Source: the human T2T-CHM13v2.0 reference genome, Homo sapiens. Taken from it: a stretch of DNA of 64,000 bases. The notes below the pieces were generated by a model. That model did no database searches, was not told the DNA's origin, and was given only the letters and a program-made list of their open reading frames with translations. Of the stretch, positions 42,646 through 57,283 are shown piece by piece. How positions within the stretch are numbered: the stretch's first letter is position 1; each line of letters opens with the position of its first letter. The position numbers and the translations under genes were made by a program. The stretch lies in the NCBI RefSeq assembly GCF_009914755.1, contig NC_060931.1; one strand, written 5' to 3'.

Positions 42646-43378
42646 ATTATGTGCCAAATCAATTTGCCAAAGGAAAATGAATCCTACCTGCCTAGATGAA
42701 CAGAGTTTCATCTTCCTCCAGAATATAATTCTTGGCCAAGAAACTACAGAGGTGCTTACTTATATCCGAAGGGTCAGCCTTAGGACTTCTTAGCTACAAT
42801 GCAGATAGTATTTCTTGAGATGAAAGGACTCCACCAGCATTATTCATAAGCTGGCAGTTACAGAAACAAATGTCCCCAGCGCTGCTGCTATGGCTGCTGT
42901 CACTTCTGCCATGACCCCAGGAAGTTTCTAGAAGTGAGTGTGGTCACTGCTCATGCTCTGCCTGTGTACTGTTTAATATTACCATGCTCTGGCCTAGAAG
43001 AAGGGAACCCACCTTTCTTCTCCCTCCCTCTGCCCCAACAACTGTGAGCTCATCATTAGAGTTCAAGAACCCTAAAAGCTGGTCGATCACTAATTTTAAA
43101 TTATCAAATTGTCTATTTTGGTATTTTCCTTGTAAATTTTTTCAATAAATTATGGCCACAGGTTATCCTGGGTAAAATGCTTGTCCCAATTCCTTGGAAT
43201 ATCATCTGAGGCTAGGAATAGCCACGGTTGTGCATGGATGTGGCATCATGTGCAGATTGTAGAATACCACTGCAAAGCCCAATTTAGACTCCATGGGTGA
43301 GATCATTCTACCTTATATAATACATAAAAATGCTCAGGGTATACACACTTTGCAAAATGCTTTGAGGAAACATTGTTA

Positions 43379-43736
<358 letters not shown>

Positions 43737-44688
43737 AAAAGCACCTGTTACAGGAAAATAAATAACAATAACAATTTAAATCCATCTCTTGATAACTCAG
43801 ATGACTGCATGTTCATGAAAACACCCTCTTCGATGGTCAGTATGATCTCTCTGAAGCAAATAGAATATTTCTTCAAATGTCTTTTACATGTCCCATTAAT
43901 TGTTTCAGTATGATTATAGGAGACAGAAACGATGAGGTAATGTTCAGGAAAGCAGACACAAAGAGGCAGAGGAAGTATTCACTGATCAGGGCCACATATG
44001 ATGCAGAGGAAGGAAGTGCAAAGAGCAAACTGGGACCTGAAGTGGGTTGAAGGAAACTTCTCACAAATTCTGTTATAACTCAATAAAGAATGTGTTTGAG
44101 ATTTAATTAAAATGAAGCTCAAAAAGACTAATGCATGAATTTAGAATAATTCCAAACCCAACTAGAGAAAGCAGTAAGGGTTTCTACCCATGTACCACCT
44201 CTCAAGTGTCTTTTGCATTCTGCTCAAGGAATGCTTTTAATAAAAAAAAAGAATAAAATTAGAAATATTTTCTGATGAGTGATTTTTCCTAGTACCAATT
44301 TATGATGAACCTATATTTTTCTTACCAAAACTATGGATATTTTTTTACACACAATAGTTTGCCTTTTCAACACAGAGTTAGTAACCCTAATGAGAAGAAA
44401 TCACAAGCAGAGGATGAGCTTACTGCTAATAGCAACCCTAGGTGACACCCCCAGGACAGTGTGTCCATAGGGGCTGAGCTACTGTGCTATAACATGCTGA
44501 GACCCTCAGCGCTGGGGCAGCAAGGCCAGGGATGGCAGAACTTCATCTGGGCTCCTCAGAGGGCAGCCTGAGGTATGCTATGGGCCACACAGGTAGGGAA
44601 CCCCAAGATGGCCACTCCTGCCACTTTGCCCAGGTGGGATGCAACAGCCACCTCCCAAGTGCCTACTGCCCATTGTAGACAAGGGTCC

Positions 44689-45510
44689 TACATTAGTTTC
44701 CTGTAGCTATCGTAACAAATTCCCGAAAACTCAGTGACTTAAAAGAAGAAAAGAATTATTTTCTTGCAGTGCTAGAGTACAGAAGTCTGAAATTAAAGTG
44801 TCAGCAGGGGTTATGTTCCTTATGGAAGCTCTAGGAGAGTCTTTCTTTGTCTCTTCTAGTTTCTGGAGGCTTTTGGCATTCTTTGACTTGTGGCCTTGTG
44901 GCTGCATCACTCCAATCTCTGCCTCCGAGGCTATATCACCTCTTCCACTTCTGCCGAATCTGCTATTACAGACTCAATGTGTGTGCTCCACATTCATACA
45001 TGTTGAAACCCTAATCCCAATGTAACAGTATATGGAGATAGGGACTTTGGGATGAGTGGAGCCCTTATGAATGAGATTAGTGCCTTTAAAAGAAGAGGCC
45101 AGAAACCTACCTTGCTCTTTTTTTAGTCATGTGAGGAAACAGCAAAAAGTTGGCAGCCTACAACCTGGAAGTGGGCTCACACAAGAATCTGACCATGGTG
45201 GCACCCCGACCTTAGACTTCCAACCTCCAGAACTGTGAGAAATAATTTCCTATTATTGACAAGCCACCCAGACTATGATATTCTGCTATAATGCCCTGAA
45301 GTGTCTAAGCAGTCTTCCCTGTGCATTTCTTATAAATAACTTGTCAGTGGATTTAGAGCCACACAGATAATCCAGGATGATCTCCTCATCTCAAGATCCT
45401 TAATTTAATTATATCTGCAAAGTTCCTTTTCCCACGTAAGATAATAGTCACAGATTCTGGTAATTAGGACATGGGCATATTTTGTGAGGGCCACTATTCA
45501 ACTCACTACA
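44689..45510 (-). mobile_element. MLT1C-like LTR containing a nested opposite-strand MLT1A-like LTR (~44961-45311, +)
   Basis: Outer: gtaacaaattccc...gataatccaggatgatctc...tattcaactcactaca. Inner: tgttgaaaccctaatcccaatg...ccagaactgtgagaaataa. Confidence 0.7.
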
Positions 45511-48500
45511 GAGTCCATGAGACTGCCAAGAGAGCTGGTGTCCAAGATGTTCAATAGCTTAAGGTGAGCCTGGTAGGGGAAGGGATGGGGACAGGGAAGG
45601 AAGAAGCAGAAAGCTCAGGTGGGTGCTGGGAAAGAGGTAGCTCCAAGTAGTGGCCCCTACATTCTGGCATCACAGATATTGAATATTTCTGTTTTGTCAT
45701 CCAAGCTGGCTGCATAGTAGCTCCTCTAACACACAGACCTGTCCCCAAATTAAATTGTCATTATTTCAAAATACTTGGCATTAAAAAAAAGTATTGGATT
45801 CAAAGATCTATTCTTTTTAGCAAGGGAAATTCTAATTTTACAGTTGTTTTTGAAAAAAAGGCACAAGGTGCTAAATTTTTCAAATACACTTTAACTGTTA
45901 TGTTAACGGTTTTAATTTTTATAACTTATGCAAAAAAGTGTCTTATCAATGAGGATTGTTAAGACCTTGCAGGAATCATCATTAATAAGACTTGACTAGG
46001 AGACTAGGAAGTGTTTAACCATTTCAGGCATGAAAATATGCCAAAGAAAAAAAGGTCAGGAAAGCATACTGAAGTCTCATTTTAAAAACTGCAAAGATTT
46101 GACTGTTTCAATATTCAATCTTTTCATTAATATTTGTGTTTATCACAATGATATAGATAAAGTATACATAATATGTTTTTTCAACAGGTCCCATGCAGAT
46201 GCCTGCAAATCCCTTTTAGTTTACTCCAGTGTGAAAAAGTTAGAACTGTTATATGAAATAAGCATGAAAAATGCTTTTTCTCTTTTCCTCTGATATTAAA
46301 TTATATATAATATATATAATAGCAGAGGAATATATAACATATATACAATAGCAGAGGAAAAGTGTTTGTGTGTGTTACTACGTATAGCATATATATAAAC
46401 ACAAACATTTTATATATACATAATTTCCATAATATATATTACATATTCAGTGATCAAAATTACTCTTTAGTTAGAAAAGTCAAAGAGGAATATGTGGGAA
46501 TTGGGGAATGGGAAGAAAGAAGAGAGAAAAGAAAGGAAGTAATTTGGGTTTAAGTAAGGCTGAGAGTGTTAAAAATGAGAAAGTACAAGTGGTTAGAAAA
46601 AAAAGGATATTTGCAAAGAAAGTCATGCAGCCAAAAGGGACCCATTATGGAAAGTATTTGGTTTATAGTTTAATGCCTATTCTTCAGTCTACTTATTTGT
46701 TAATTTATTTACTCTACTTCGCTCACAAGCTTCCTCTCAAAATTGTACCACTCTCCTCAGGCAGGTGGATAAAGTACGGACAAATAACTAGGAAACAGTC
46801 CAAGACTTTATATTGCTTGTCACAGCAGTACCTCTTGTAACAATTTTTTCATGTGTGTATAACAAAAATATGTAGGCCAGTGGTTTCTTCAGACAAAAGT
46901 AGTCTTCACATTCCAGAAACTCATGGGGAGGTTGTTGAAAGAACAAGTTGTGCACACAGAAACACACCTGAAGAATCAGCCATTCCCTGGACTGGAACTT
47001 TAGCTCTGTTTTGAAATAGCTGAGGTGATGTTGACCTCCCTGGAAAAGACTTAGTCAACCCCAACAAGGTCATTCACCTTGGGAGCACAGGTCAGAGTAG
47101 ATTTGGCCAATCAGTTCATGGCCATATTCGTATTCAATGTTGTTGGTTCCTCAGGGGATGGGACTTGGGTTTCAACACCCAAGGAAACAGCAAGTGAAGA
47201 CATCAATTTAAGAAGAAGAGGAAAAAAATATGACTACTAGGACAAATTAAAGACTTGGTTGTGCACAAACAGAATGCCAGGGGTTAGCATAACATGGGGT
47301 GGTGAAAGTTGACCAGAGGTGGAGGCCAGAGCCCTGGACACTAGTTTGCACCTACTGCAAGTCACTTTTCATGTCAGATCCTCATTTTTCTCATCTGTAA
47401 AGAGAAAATATTTTATGAAACGATTTATGAGGTTTCCTCTCATCTAATTCTACAAATGCTCTGTGAATAGCTTCTGACTGGCTAAAAAGTCTCACTCCGT
47501 ATAACTTAAGAGAGTGTGACTTTGTTGTGGTATGTCCTTGATCCTGGAGCATTCAGGAAGCTTGAAATATTTTCTCTATGACCCTTCACTCTTTCAGTGA
47601 TGAAACTTGCCACAACTTGCCACAACACAAACTTGCCATGTGTATAGTATATATACACATGACCCGATCCCTATTTTTATTACCAGGGATTTGGCTCTAA
47701 CTTTGCCCAACTCTCAGGTGATACTAAACTCTGGAGATTTCCCTGACCTTCACATTTGCTGTAGAGGACTAAACCCTAGTGCTAGATGGAGTTTGGATGC
47801 TCACTTTCATTACCTGATCCTTAAAAATTTAGAGCAAATATTTCTGATTTAAGATAAAATTATTAATATGATGTGTTAACATTTGTTTCTGGGGTGTTAT
47901 TATAGCAATTAATGAGTCATGTAGGAGCTCCAAAATAGCAATTCAGAAATAGATATTACTGAGTAAGCAGTAAAATAAATATCAAAATTCTAATGATTGC
48001 CAGCTTTGAGTAAATCATGCCAGTTTAGGAAACAGAAGTGTCTATGATACTGCTGAACTAACTATATACAGCCCCCCAACAATTAAAGCCATATTAATTT
48101 GAAAGCAGTCAGTAAATATAAGAAACTTAGTTATAATATATAATATATGAATATATAATATAATATAACTTAGTATATATAAGAAACAATAGATCAGTAG
48201 ATCTTCACCATGACTGCATGTTAGACCTATCAAGAGAGTTTTTAAAAATTAGCTTCCTCTGTTCCCTTCCCTACCCAATCAATTAAATTGGGCTCTCTGT
48301 GATGCGGCCAAGGTGTTAATATTTGTGCTGAGTTCCCTAGGTACCAATAATTTTTCAACAGACAGGGCTGAGAAACATTGCAGTCTATTATTTTTCTGGG
48401 GCATTATATGGCACTTCCATAGAGTAAAATTGAAACAAAGAGGTTTGAGTGCAAAGTATGACTCACCCAACTTCTCTTAGCCTCAATTTCCCCAGCTATA

Positions 48501-50004
48501 AAGAAAGAGACAGTATCTGCTCCACCAAATTGTTGAGAAAGTTAAGTAAGTTATATTTGAAAGTATTTGATACACAATAGATGCTCAAAAGGTATTCATT
48601 GAATGTTGAATTCATTTTCTATAACTTTTGTTAGCTTAATGTTAGGTGGCGATGGACAGTGATGATCTCAGTGTTAATATGGTGACCATAGTAAAGAAGG
48701 TGCCTGTAAAATATATGTGAAGAGTAAATGTAGACATTGATTTTTCTTCTTATATACAAACATATAGATGAGAAATATGGGATTTTGTTAAGTTTCTTTT
48801 ATATACTTTAATAACTCATGTTATTAAGTTCATTATATATATGTCTATTTATATATAGCTATTAATTGATCTAGGTATAGATGAGGAATATGGCATGTTA
48901 TATTCATCTTAAAAATGTGTAAAATCGTGAATTCAAATATAAATAGGAAATAAAACAACAACATGACATTAAAGGGGATCTCATCAGCTAGATATGAGCC
49001 TTAAGAGGCAGGAGACCAACATGCCCCTCTGCTCAGCCTCAAGCCTGTCACTACCAAGCCACACCTTGGAGCTCAGCCTAGAGGGTCTCCATCACTCACC
49101 TGAAGTTGAATCTAAACTCCCTCTGTAACAGAACGCCAGTCTGGGGAACTCTGAATTGACTACAGGTTCACAGATAGAGATTGCTTAATTGGAAGAAAAG
49201 TAAGAAGAAAAATCAATGTCTACATTCATTCTTCACATATTCCTCAATAGATCTATATATCTATTGATTGAGGGGTCATATTTCTACATCTTGTTCATTT
49301 GTAACTTGGATATTACATAGTAAAATCTGTTTGATTGCCATCCTTGCCATCTCTTGTAGGACATTTTGGCTCTAATTTTGAAAGCTGGATATTACTTTCT
49401 TTCCACTTTCTGTAAACTGAGGCTAGGAAGGAGAAGAAAGGGAATACTCCAATGAAGCCACATACTTCCTTTCTGAAACACTGTTAAAGATACTCTGGCA
49501 GGCCCCCCTGCACCCAGCTGGGAGTGTATTCACTCCTTTATCATACAGGTAGGCTTCTGCTATACCCATCTTGGTATGAAGCCCTGGAAATAAGCAAATT
49601 CTTACACAGTGGGATCATGCAGCAAGAGTCTATATACTCAAAAGTGTTTACTAAATTTTTCTCTTAACCTTCCAAGGGTACCTCACCATTCCACCTGTCT
49701 CCCCATGGAAGATGCGAGTGAGAATGCCATGACTCTGTGACCTCACAATACTAAAAGAATTTTGCTTCTGCAGGATGGGACCACAGCCAGAACTCTATGC
49801 CACACCAGAATTTACTTATTCAACACATATTTCTGAGTGTCAACTCTGTGCCAAGTATCATTTTAGTTTTACAGCAGTGAACAAAATACACAATGTGCCT
49901 GAACTATGAATATTACTATTGTTGACGTGACAACAATGAATGAATAACAAAACAGATTTATATAAGCCAGGTTGTATAAGTGTTATAGACAAAAATGAAA
50001 TAAG

Positions 50005-50544
50005 TGTTTAGCCAGGGTTCTCTAGAGGGACAGAACTAATAGGATAGATGTATATATGAGGGGGAGTTTATTAAAGATTATTGACTCACACAATCACAAG
50101 GCCCCACAATAGGCCGTCTGCAGGCTGAGGAACAAGGAAGCCAGTCCGAGTCCCAAAACCTCAAAAGTAAGGAAGTGGACAGTTCAGCCTTCAGTCTGTG
50201 GCTGAAGGCCCGAGAGACTGTGGCAAACCACTGGTGTCGGTTCAAGAGGCCAAGAGCTGGAAAACTTGGAGTCTGATGTTTGAGGGCAGGAAGCATCCAG
50301 CACAGGAGGAGGATGAAGGCTAGAAGACTCAGCAAGTCTGCTCCTTCCAAGTTCTTCTGCCTGCTTTATTCTAACCATGCTGGCAGCTGATTAGATGGTG
50401 CCCACTCAGATTAAAGGTGGGTCTGCCTCTCCCAATCCACTGACTCAAATGTTAGTCTCTGGTAACACCCTCACAGACACACCCAGGAACAATACTTTGC
50501 TTCCTTCAGTCTAATTAAGCTGACACTCAATATTAACCATCACA
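50005..50544 (-). mobile_element. MLT2A2-like (ERVL) solo LTR inserted in an L2; TSD ATAAG/GTAAG
   Basis: Reverse complement begins TGTGATGGTTAATATTGAGTGTCA and ends ...ctctagagaaccctggctaaaca. Length 540 bp. Confidence 0.85.
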
Positions 50545-51429
50545 GTAAGCATATCAGAGACTATAGGGTCTGCTGTTTGGGACAGGGTGTTCTGAAAGGA
50601 CCTCTGGTAAGGTGACTTTTGAGCATAGACCTGAAGAAAATGGAGGAATGAGCCCTGTACATTGTCAGGGAAGAACTGCTCTGGCAGAGGAAATACAGAT
50701 GGAAAGGGCCTGCACTGGAAAAGTGATCGGCATGTTAGAGGCACAGTGAGGAGGCCAACACAACCGGTGAGGAGTGAATCAGGAGAATAATAGGGGATGA
50801 AGTCACAGTATTGGGACCCAGGTCATAGAGAGCCCTGGAAGGCATTTTAAGGACTTGGACTTTGAGGAAAATGAGAAACCATTGGCCAGTTTGGGGTACA
50901 TGGATGATATTTAACCAGAAGATTCTTTTTCCTCTCTATCAAGTCATCACTTTCCACATTTTATGGAAAGAAGTTTTATCTTTTCTTGTTAAGCTATTGG
51001 TGAATTTTTAACTTTGGGGTTTTGTTTCGGATAGGTATTGGGAGAAGGAGAGGCTGTCAACCCATGCCACTATGCTATCTCTAATTCTGCCATCCAGACC
51101 GAGTAAGTTTTATTTCCACTGTATTCTGCCGTCCATGGCTTGCAGGAAGGGGTTCACCCCTACTCACCCTACAGGCCACTTCCATGAAGAGCTGTGCCCA
51201 GAGGCTCCCTGGGCCCAGCACAACAAGCACATTCACGTATCCCCAGCCTCAAATGAGCCTCATTTACAGTCCAGCAGTGTGTGCCTGCACGGTAGTTCTT
51301 TATGTTTCCTTTTCAATAAATATATGACTCATACCAGTATTGTCCTTTGTTTAGCTTTCATCTTTCTCAGAGTTTGAAGTGTTTGTAAGAAATAGTTGTA
51401 GATTTATTTTTAAAGCCTTGCTACCTTAA

Positions 51430-51747
<318 letters not shown>

Positions 51748-51889
51748 AAATCAGGAAATTTTAAAAGCATAACATGCCACTGTATTTCTTTTTCTTATGA
51801 AAAGCAATAATGCTAAATTTACAGGCATAATGTTGTATTGGCATTAAAGATGGCTATCAATCCATTAAAATAATCAATATGTTATTTCT

Positions 51890-51968
51890 TGACCTCCTGG
51901 CCTCATGATCCACCTGCCTCGGCCTCCCAAAGTGCTGGGATTACAGGCGTGAGCCACCGTGCCCAGCC
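51890..51968 (-). mobile_element. 3'-truncated tailless Alu (first ~79 nt) with 23-bp TSD
   Basis: AAAATAATCAATATGTTATTTCT at 51867-51889 and 51969-51991 flanks the Alu 5' end. No poly(A). Confidence 0.9.
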
Positions 51969-53071
51969 AAAATAATCAATATGTTATTTCTGATGCTGAA
52001 TGTATACACAAAAGTTTTCAACTATCTGAAAAAGAGGATCTTCTGATAAATATTCATCATATCCTAATTTTTAAAATTAGAGTACTTCAAATTTAGATGT
52101 TATGTTAAAAAAAAAAAACTCCAAATTCTCACACGTGAAACCTGATCTTGGTTCTGATGTTTACTTTTTTTGAAGTAAGTAGAAATAATTGAGTACAGAA
52201 GAAACAATTAGCTAGATTTGTTAAAATCTGGTTAAATATTGTTTTAATTATCACAGAAGATGTAAAGAACATGTAATTTTATGGATTATTTATAGAATAG
52301 TGGGCAAAACCAATTAGGTATTAAGAAGTGAACCTTGAATTTATGCATTTTTGTAACAGAACTTCTAGCTGTACTAAATACAAACTGAATTTTTGGAGTT
52401 AAAAAACTCTTTCATTACGCTTAAGATATATTATTTATCATATTAATAAGCTTCTCACATCATACATTGTGTATTGTTATTGTGGTTATTTTTGTCAACA
52501 ATTTTTATCAAATGAGTTCTAATTTTTGGTGGAGAAATTTTGGCAACTACACAAAGAATGTACCAAATATCACTTCTGCAAACTACACATATGAACTTTT
52601 CAAAATCCATAAATTACTCTTCTCTGGTTTGGCTGAAGTTAGAGAAGCATTGTTAAATAATATTTACTGAACACTTTTTCTAAAAAAAATTGTGTGTTTT
52701 CATAATGTGTTTTGATTTAAAAGAAAGTTGTTATTATTAGTGAAAACATTTTTTGTAATGAGCCAATAAAGTCCTCAAAATTAAAATGAATCATACTATG
52801 GAAGACCTACATTTGATACACTTTTTTTTCTCTGAGCAGGCAAACGTACTTAAGACCTTTGTGTAAGATCAGAAAATCATAAGACAGCATTAAAAAGTAC
52901 TATACAGGAGGAGATGGAACAAGATGGCCAAATAGAAGCCTCCAGCAATCATCTCCCCGAAAGGAATTGAACAACTATCAAAACAAAATTGAACAACTAT
53001 CTAAACAAAAAAGTACCTTCATAAAAAACAAAAATCAGGTGAGTGATCACAGTACCTGCTTTTAACATCAT

Positions 53072-53708
53072 TTTTTAAAATACTTTAAGTTCTAGGGTAC
53101 ATGTGCACAACGTGCAGGTTTGTTACTTATGCATACATGTGCCATGTTGGTGTGCTGCACCCATTAACTCGACTTTTACATTAGGTATATCTCCTAATGC
53201 TATTCCCTCCCCCCTCCCCCCACCCCACAACAGGCCCTGGTGTGTGATGTTCCCCACCCTGCATCCAAGTGTTCTCATTATTCAATTCCCACCTATGAGT
53301 GAGAACATGCGGTGTTTGGTTTTTTGTCCTTGCGATAGTTTGCTGAGAATGATGGTTTCCAGCTTCATCCATGTCCCTACAAAGGACATGAAATCATCCT
53401 TTTTTATGGCTGCATAGTATTCCATGGCATATATGTGCCACATTTTCTTAATCCAGTCTATCATTGTTGGACATTTGGGTTGGTTCCAAGTCTTTGCTAT
53501 TGTGAATAGTGCCGCAATAAACATACGTGTGCATGTGTCTTCATAGTAGCATGATTTATAATCCTTTGGGTATATACCCAGTAATGGGACGGCTGGGTCA
53601 AATGGTATTTCTAGTTCTAGATCCTTGAGGAATAGCCACACTGTCTTCCCACAATGGTTGAACTAGTTTACAGTCCCACCAACAGTGTAAAAGTGTTCCT
53701 ATTTCTCC
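53072..53708 (-). mobile_element. Younger L1PA (PA3-6-like) 3' fragment nested in the L1MA 5' UTR
   Basis: actttaagttctagggtacatgtgcacaacgtgcagg. ORF 53282..53641(-) is the ORF2 C-terminus. Flanked by ACATCAT direct repeats. Confidence 0.9.
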
Positions 53709-55284
53709 ACATCATATTAAGGAAAGAGGCACTGAAGAGGATAGGAAAGGCAGACTTGAATTGCCTACACCACTCTTCCCCCATCCCCAGACAGCAGCCC
53801 CTCATGATGCAGAGAGAGAATCTGTATGCTTGAGGGTGGGACAGTGCAGTGACTGTGGAATTTTGCATTGGAATTCAGTGCTGCTCTGTCACAGCAGAAA
53901 GCAACAAAGGCCAGAACTCAGCCAGTACCCATAGAGGGAGCATTTCAACCAACCCTAGCTAGAGGGAAATAGCCCATCCCAGTGACAGAACTTGAGTTTT
54001 GGCAAGTCTTGCCAACACAGGCTAAAGTGCTCTGGGGTTCTAAATAAACTTGAAATGAATGGCAGTCCAGGCCACAAGGACTGCAATTTCTGGGCAACTC
54101 CTGGTGCTGTGCTGGGCTTGAAACCAATGGGCTTGGGGTGCACAAAACTTAGTGAGACATCAGCTGGGGTGGCCTAAGGAGTTCTTGTGTCACCCTTCCC
54201 AAACTCTAGGCAGTGAAGCTTGCAACTTCAGGAGAGAACCATTCCTTCCACTTGAGAGGAGAAGGGAGAGTAAAGAGTACTTTGTCTTACAACTTGGATA
54301 CCACCTTAGCCACAGCAGGATAGAGCACAGAGCAGAGTCCCAGGCTCCCATTCCAGGCTCTAGCTCCCAGATGACATTTCTATACATACCCTGGGTCAGA
54401 GGAGAACCCATCACCTTGAAGGGAAGGACCTAGTTCTGGCAAGATTTATCACCTGCTGACTAAGGAACCCTTGGTCCCTGAACAATCAGCAGTGGTAGCC
54501 AGGCAGTACTTACCATGGGTTTGGGGTGAGATTCAGAGCCACGACCCAGTACATTCCCAGCTTTTGTGACTATGAGGAGAAACTCTTCTACTTGAAGAAA
54601 AGAGAGGGCAGAATAAACAAGACTTTGTCTTGTAGTTTGGGCACCAGCTCAGCCACAGTGGCGTAGAGCAGCAAGCATATCCTTGTGGTCCCTGATTCCA
54701 GGCCTTGGCTCTTAGGTGACATATCTGAACCTGCCATTGGCCAGAGGGGAGCTGACTGCCCTGAAGCAAGAGTCCCAGGCCTGGCAGCATTTACCATAAC
54801 TGACTGAAGAGTGCTTGGATCTTGAGTGAACATGAGCAGTAGCAAGGCAGTTCTCACTGTGGACCTAGGGCAGTGGTAGCCATGAGGAGAGACTCCTCTG
54901 CTTGTGGAAAGAGAAGAGAAGAGTGGGAAGAATTTTGTCTTGTGGCTTGGGTGCCAGCTCAGCCACAGTAGAATAGAGCACCAGGTATATTTCTAAGGTT
55001 TCCAACTCCAGGCCCTGGCTGCTAGACAGAATCTCTGGACTTGCACAGGGCCAGGGGGAACTCACCACCCTGAGAAGGACACAGTCTGTCTGGCTTTGCC
55101 ACTTACTGATTTTAGAGCCCTAGAGCCTTGAGCAAACATAGGTGGTAGCCAGGCAGTTTCACAGCTGACTCTGAGTGAAACCCAATGCTGTGCCGGCTTC
55201 AGGTCTGAAGCACTGTCCTAGTGGTGGTGGGTACAGGGTTGTTTGTGTCACCCCTCCTCTAGTTCCAAGAAACTCAGCACACAC

Positions 55285-55329
55285 AGAGAGAGAGAGAGAG
55301 GGAGAGAGAGAGAGAGGGAGAGAGAGAGA
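55285..55329. repeat. (GA)n-rich microsatellite
   Basis: Seen directly. Confidence 0.9.
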
Positions 55330-57283
55330 CTCCATTTGTTTGGGAGAAAGTAAGGGAGGAGAACAAGAGTCTCTGTCAGGTAATCCAGAGAATTATTTTG
55401 GATTTTATTCTAGACTATCAAGGCAATACCTCTATGAGTCTGCAAGAGCCACAGCATTACTGGGCTTGGGGTGGCTCCTAATGCAGATATGGCTACAGTA
55501 ACCAAAAACTTAGATTACAACACTGAAGTTTCTTCAAATGCCTGAAAAGCCTTTCCAAGAAGGACAGGTACAAACAAGCCAAGACTGCAAAAACTGCAAT
55601 AAATACCTTATCCTAACTCTTCAATGCCCAGACACTGACAAACTTCAAGGAAAATGACCTCACCAAATGAACTAAATAAGGCACAGGGGTCAATCCTGGG
55701 GACACAGAGATACGTGACCTTTCAGACAGAGAATTCAAAATAGCTGTTTTGAAGAAATGCAACAAAATTCAAGTTAAAACAGAGAAAGAATTCAGAATCC
55801 TATCAGATAAATCTAATAAACAGATTGAAATAATTTAAAAGAATCAAGCAGAAGTTCTGGAGTTGAAAAATACAAGTGACATACTGAAGAATACATCGAA
55901 GTCTCTTAACAAAATTGATTAAGCAGAAGAAAAAATTAGTGAACCTGAAGACAAGCTATTTAAAAATACACAATCAAAGGAGACAAAAGAAACAAGAATT
56001 TTAAAAAAGAAGCATGCACAACACCTAGAAAATAGCCTCAAATGGCAAACCTAAGAGTTATTGGCCTTAAAGAGGAGGTGGAGAGAGAAAGATAGGGGTA
56101 AAATGTTTATTCAAAGGGATAATAGCAAAGAACTTCTCAAACCTATATAAACGTATCAATATTCAAGTACAAGTTTAACCCAAATAAGATTATCTCAAGA
56201 CATTTAACAGTCAAACTCCCAAAGGTCAAGGATAAAGAAGGGATCCTAAAAGCAGCAAGACAAAAGAAATAAATAACAAACAATGGAGTTCCAACACATC
56301 TAGCAGCATACTTTTCAGTGGAAACCCTACAGGCAAGCAGGAGAGTTGCAGGACATATTTAAAGTGTTGAAGGATAAAGATGATAACCTTTGAATAATAT
56401 ACCTGGTGAAAATATCCTTCAGACATGGAGGAGAGATAAAGACACCCAGACAAACAAAAGCTTAGGAATTTCATCAACACCAGACCTATCCTACAAGAAA
56501 TAGTAAAGGGAATTCTTTAATCTGAAAGAAAAGGACATAAATGAGTAATAAATACTCTGAAAGCACCAAACTCACTGGTAATAGTAAGCACACAGAAAAA
56601 CACAGAATATTATAATACTGTAATCACGGTGTGTGAACTACTCATATCGAGTAGAAGGATTAAAAGATAAACCTATAAAAAATAACTATAACCATGTTTC
56701 AAGATATAGACGGTATTATAAGATATAAATAGAAAAAACAAAAAGTTTAAAAGCAGGGAGATGAAGTTAAAATATGGAGTATTTATTAGTTTTCTCTTTG
56801 CTTGTTGTTTGATTATGCAATCAGTGTTAAGTTGTCATTAGTCTAAAATAATGAATTACAAGATGGTATTTGCAAGCCTCATAGTAATCTCAAATAAAAA
56901 CCATGCAAAAGATACACAAAAAATAAAAAGCAAGAAATTAAAATGTACCACCAGAGAAAATCTCCATCACTAAAAGGAAGACAGGAAGGAATAAAAGAAG
57001 GAAGAGAAGACTATGAAACAACCAGAAAACAACAAAATCAAAGGAGTAAGTCCTTACCAATAATCACATTGAATGTGAATGGACTAAACTCTCCAATCAA
57101 AAGATACAGAATGGCTGAATAGAGTTTTTAAAAAGACTCAATGATACTATAAGAAACACACTTCACCTATAAAGACAACTATAGACTGAAAATGAAGGGA
57201 TGGAAAAGATATTCCATGCCAATAGAAACAAAAAAAGAACAACATTTACTATATTTGTATCAGACAAAATAGGTTTTCCTGAC

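Noticed and set aside
49244-49267. Short inverted repeat TCAATAGAT...ATCTATTGA
   Set aside because: 9-bp arms in low-complexity AT-rich DNA; unremarkable.
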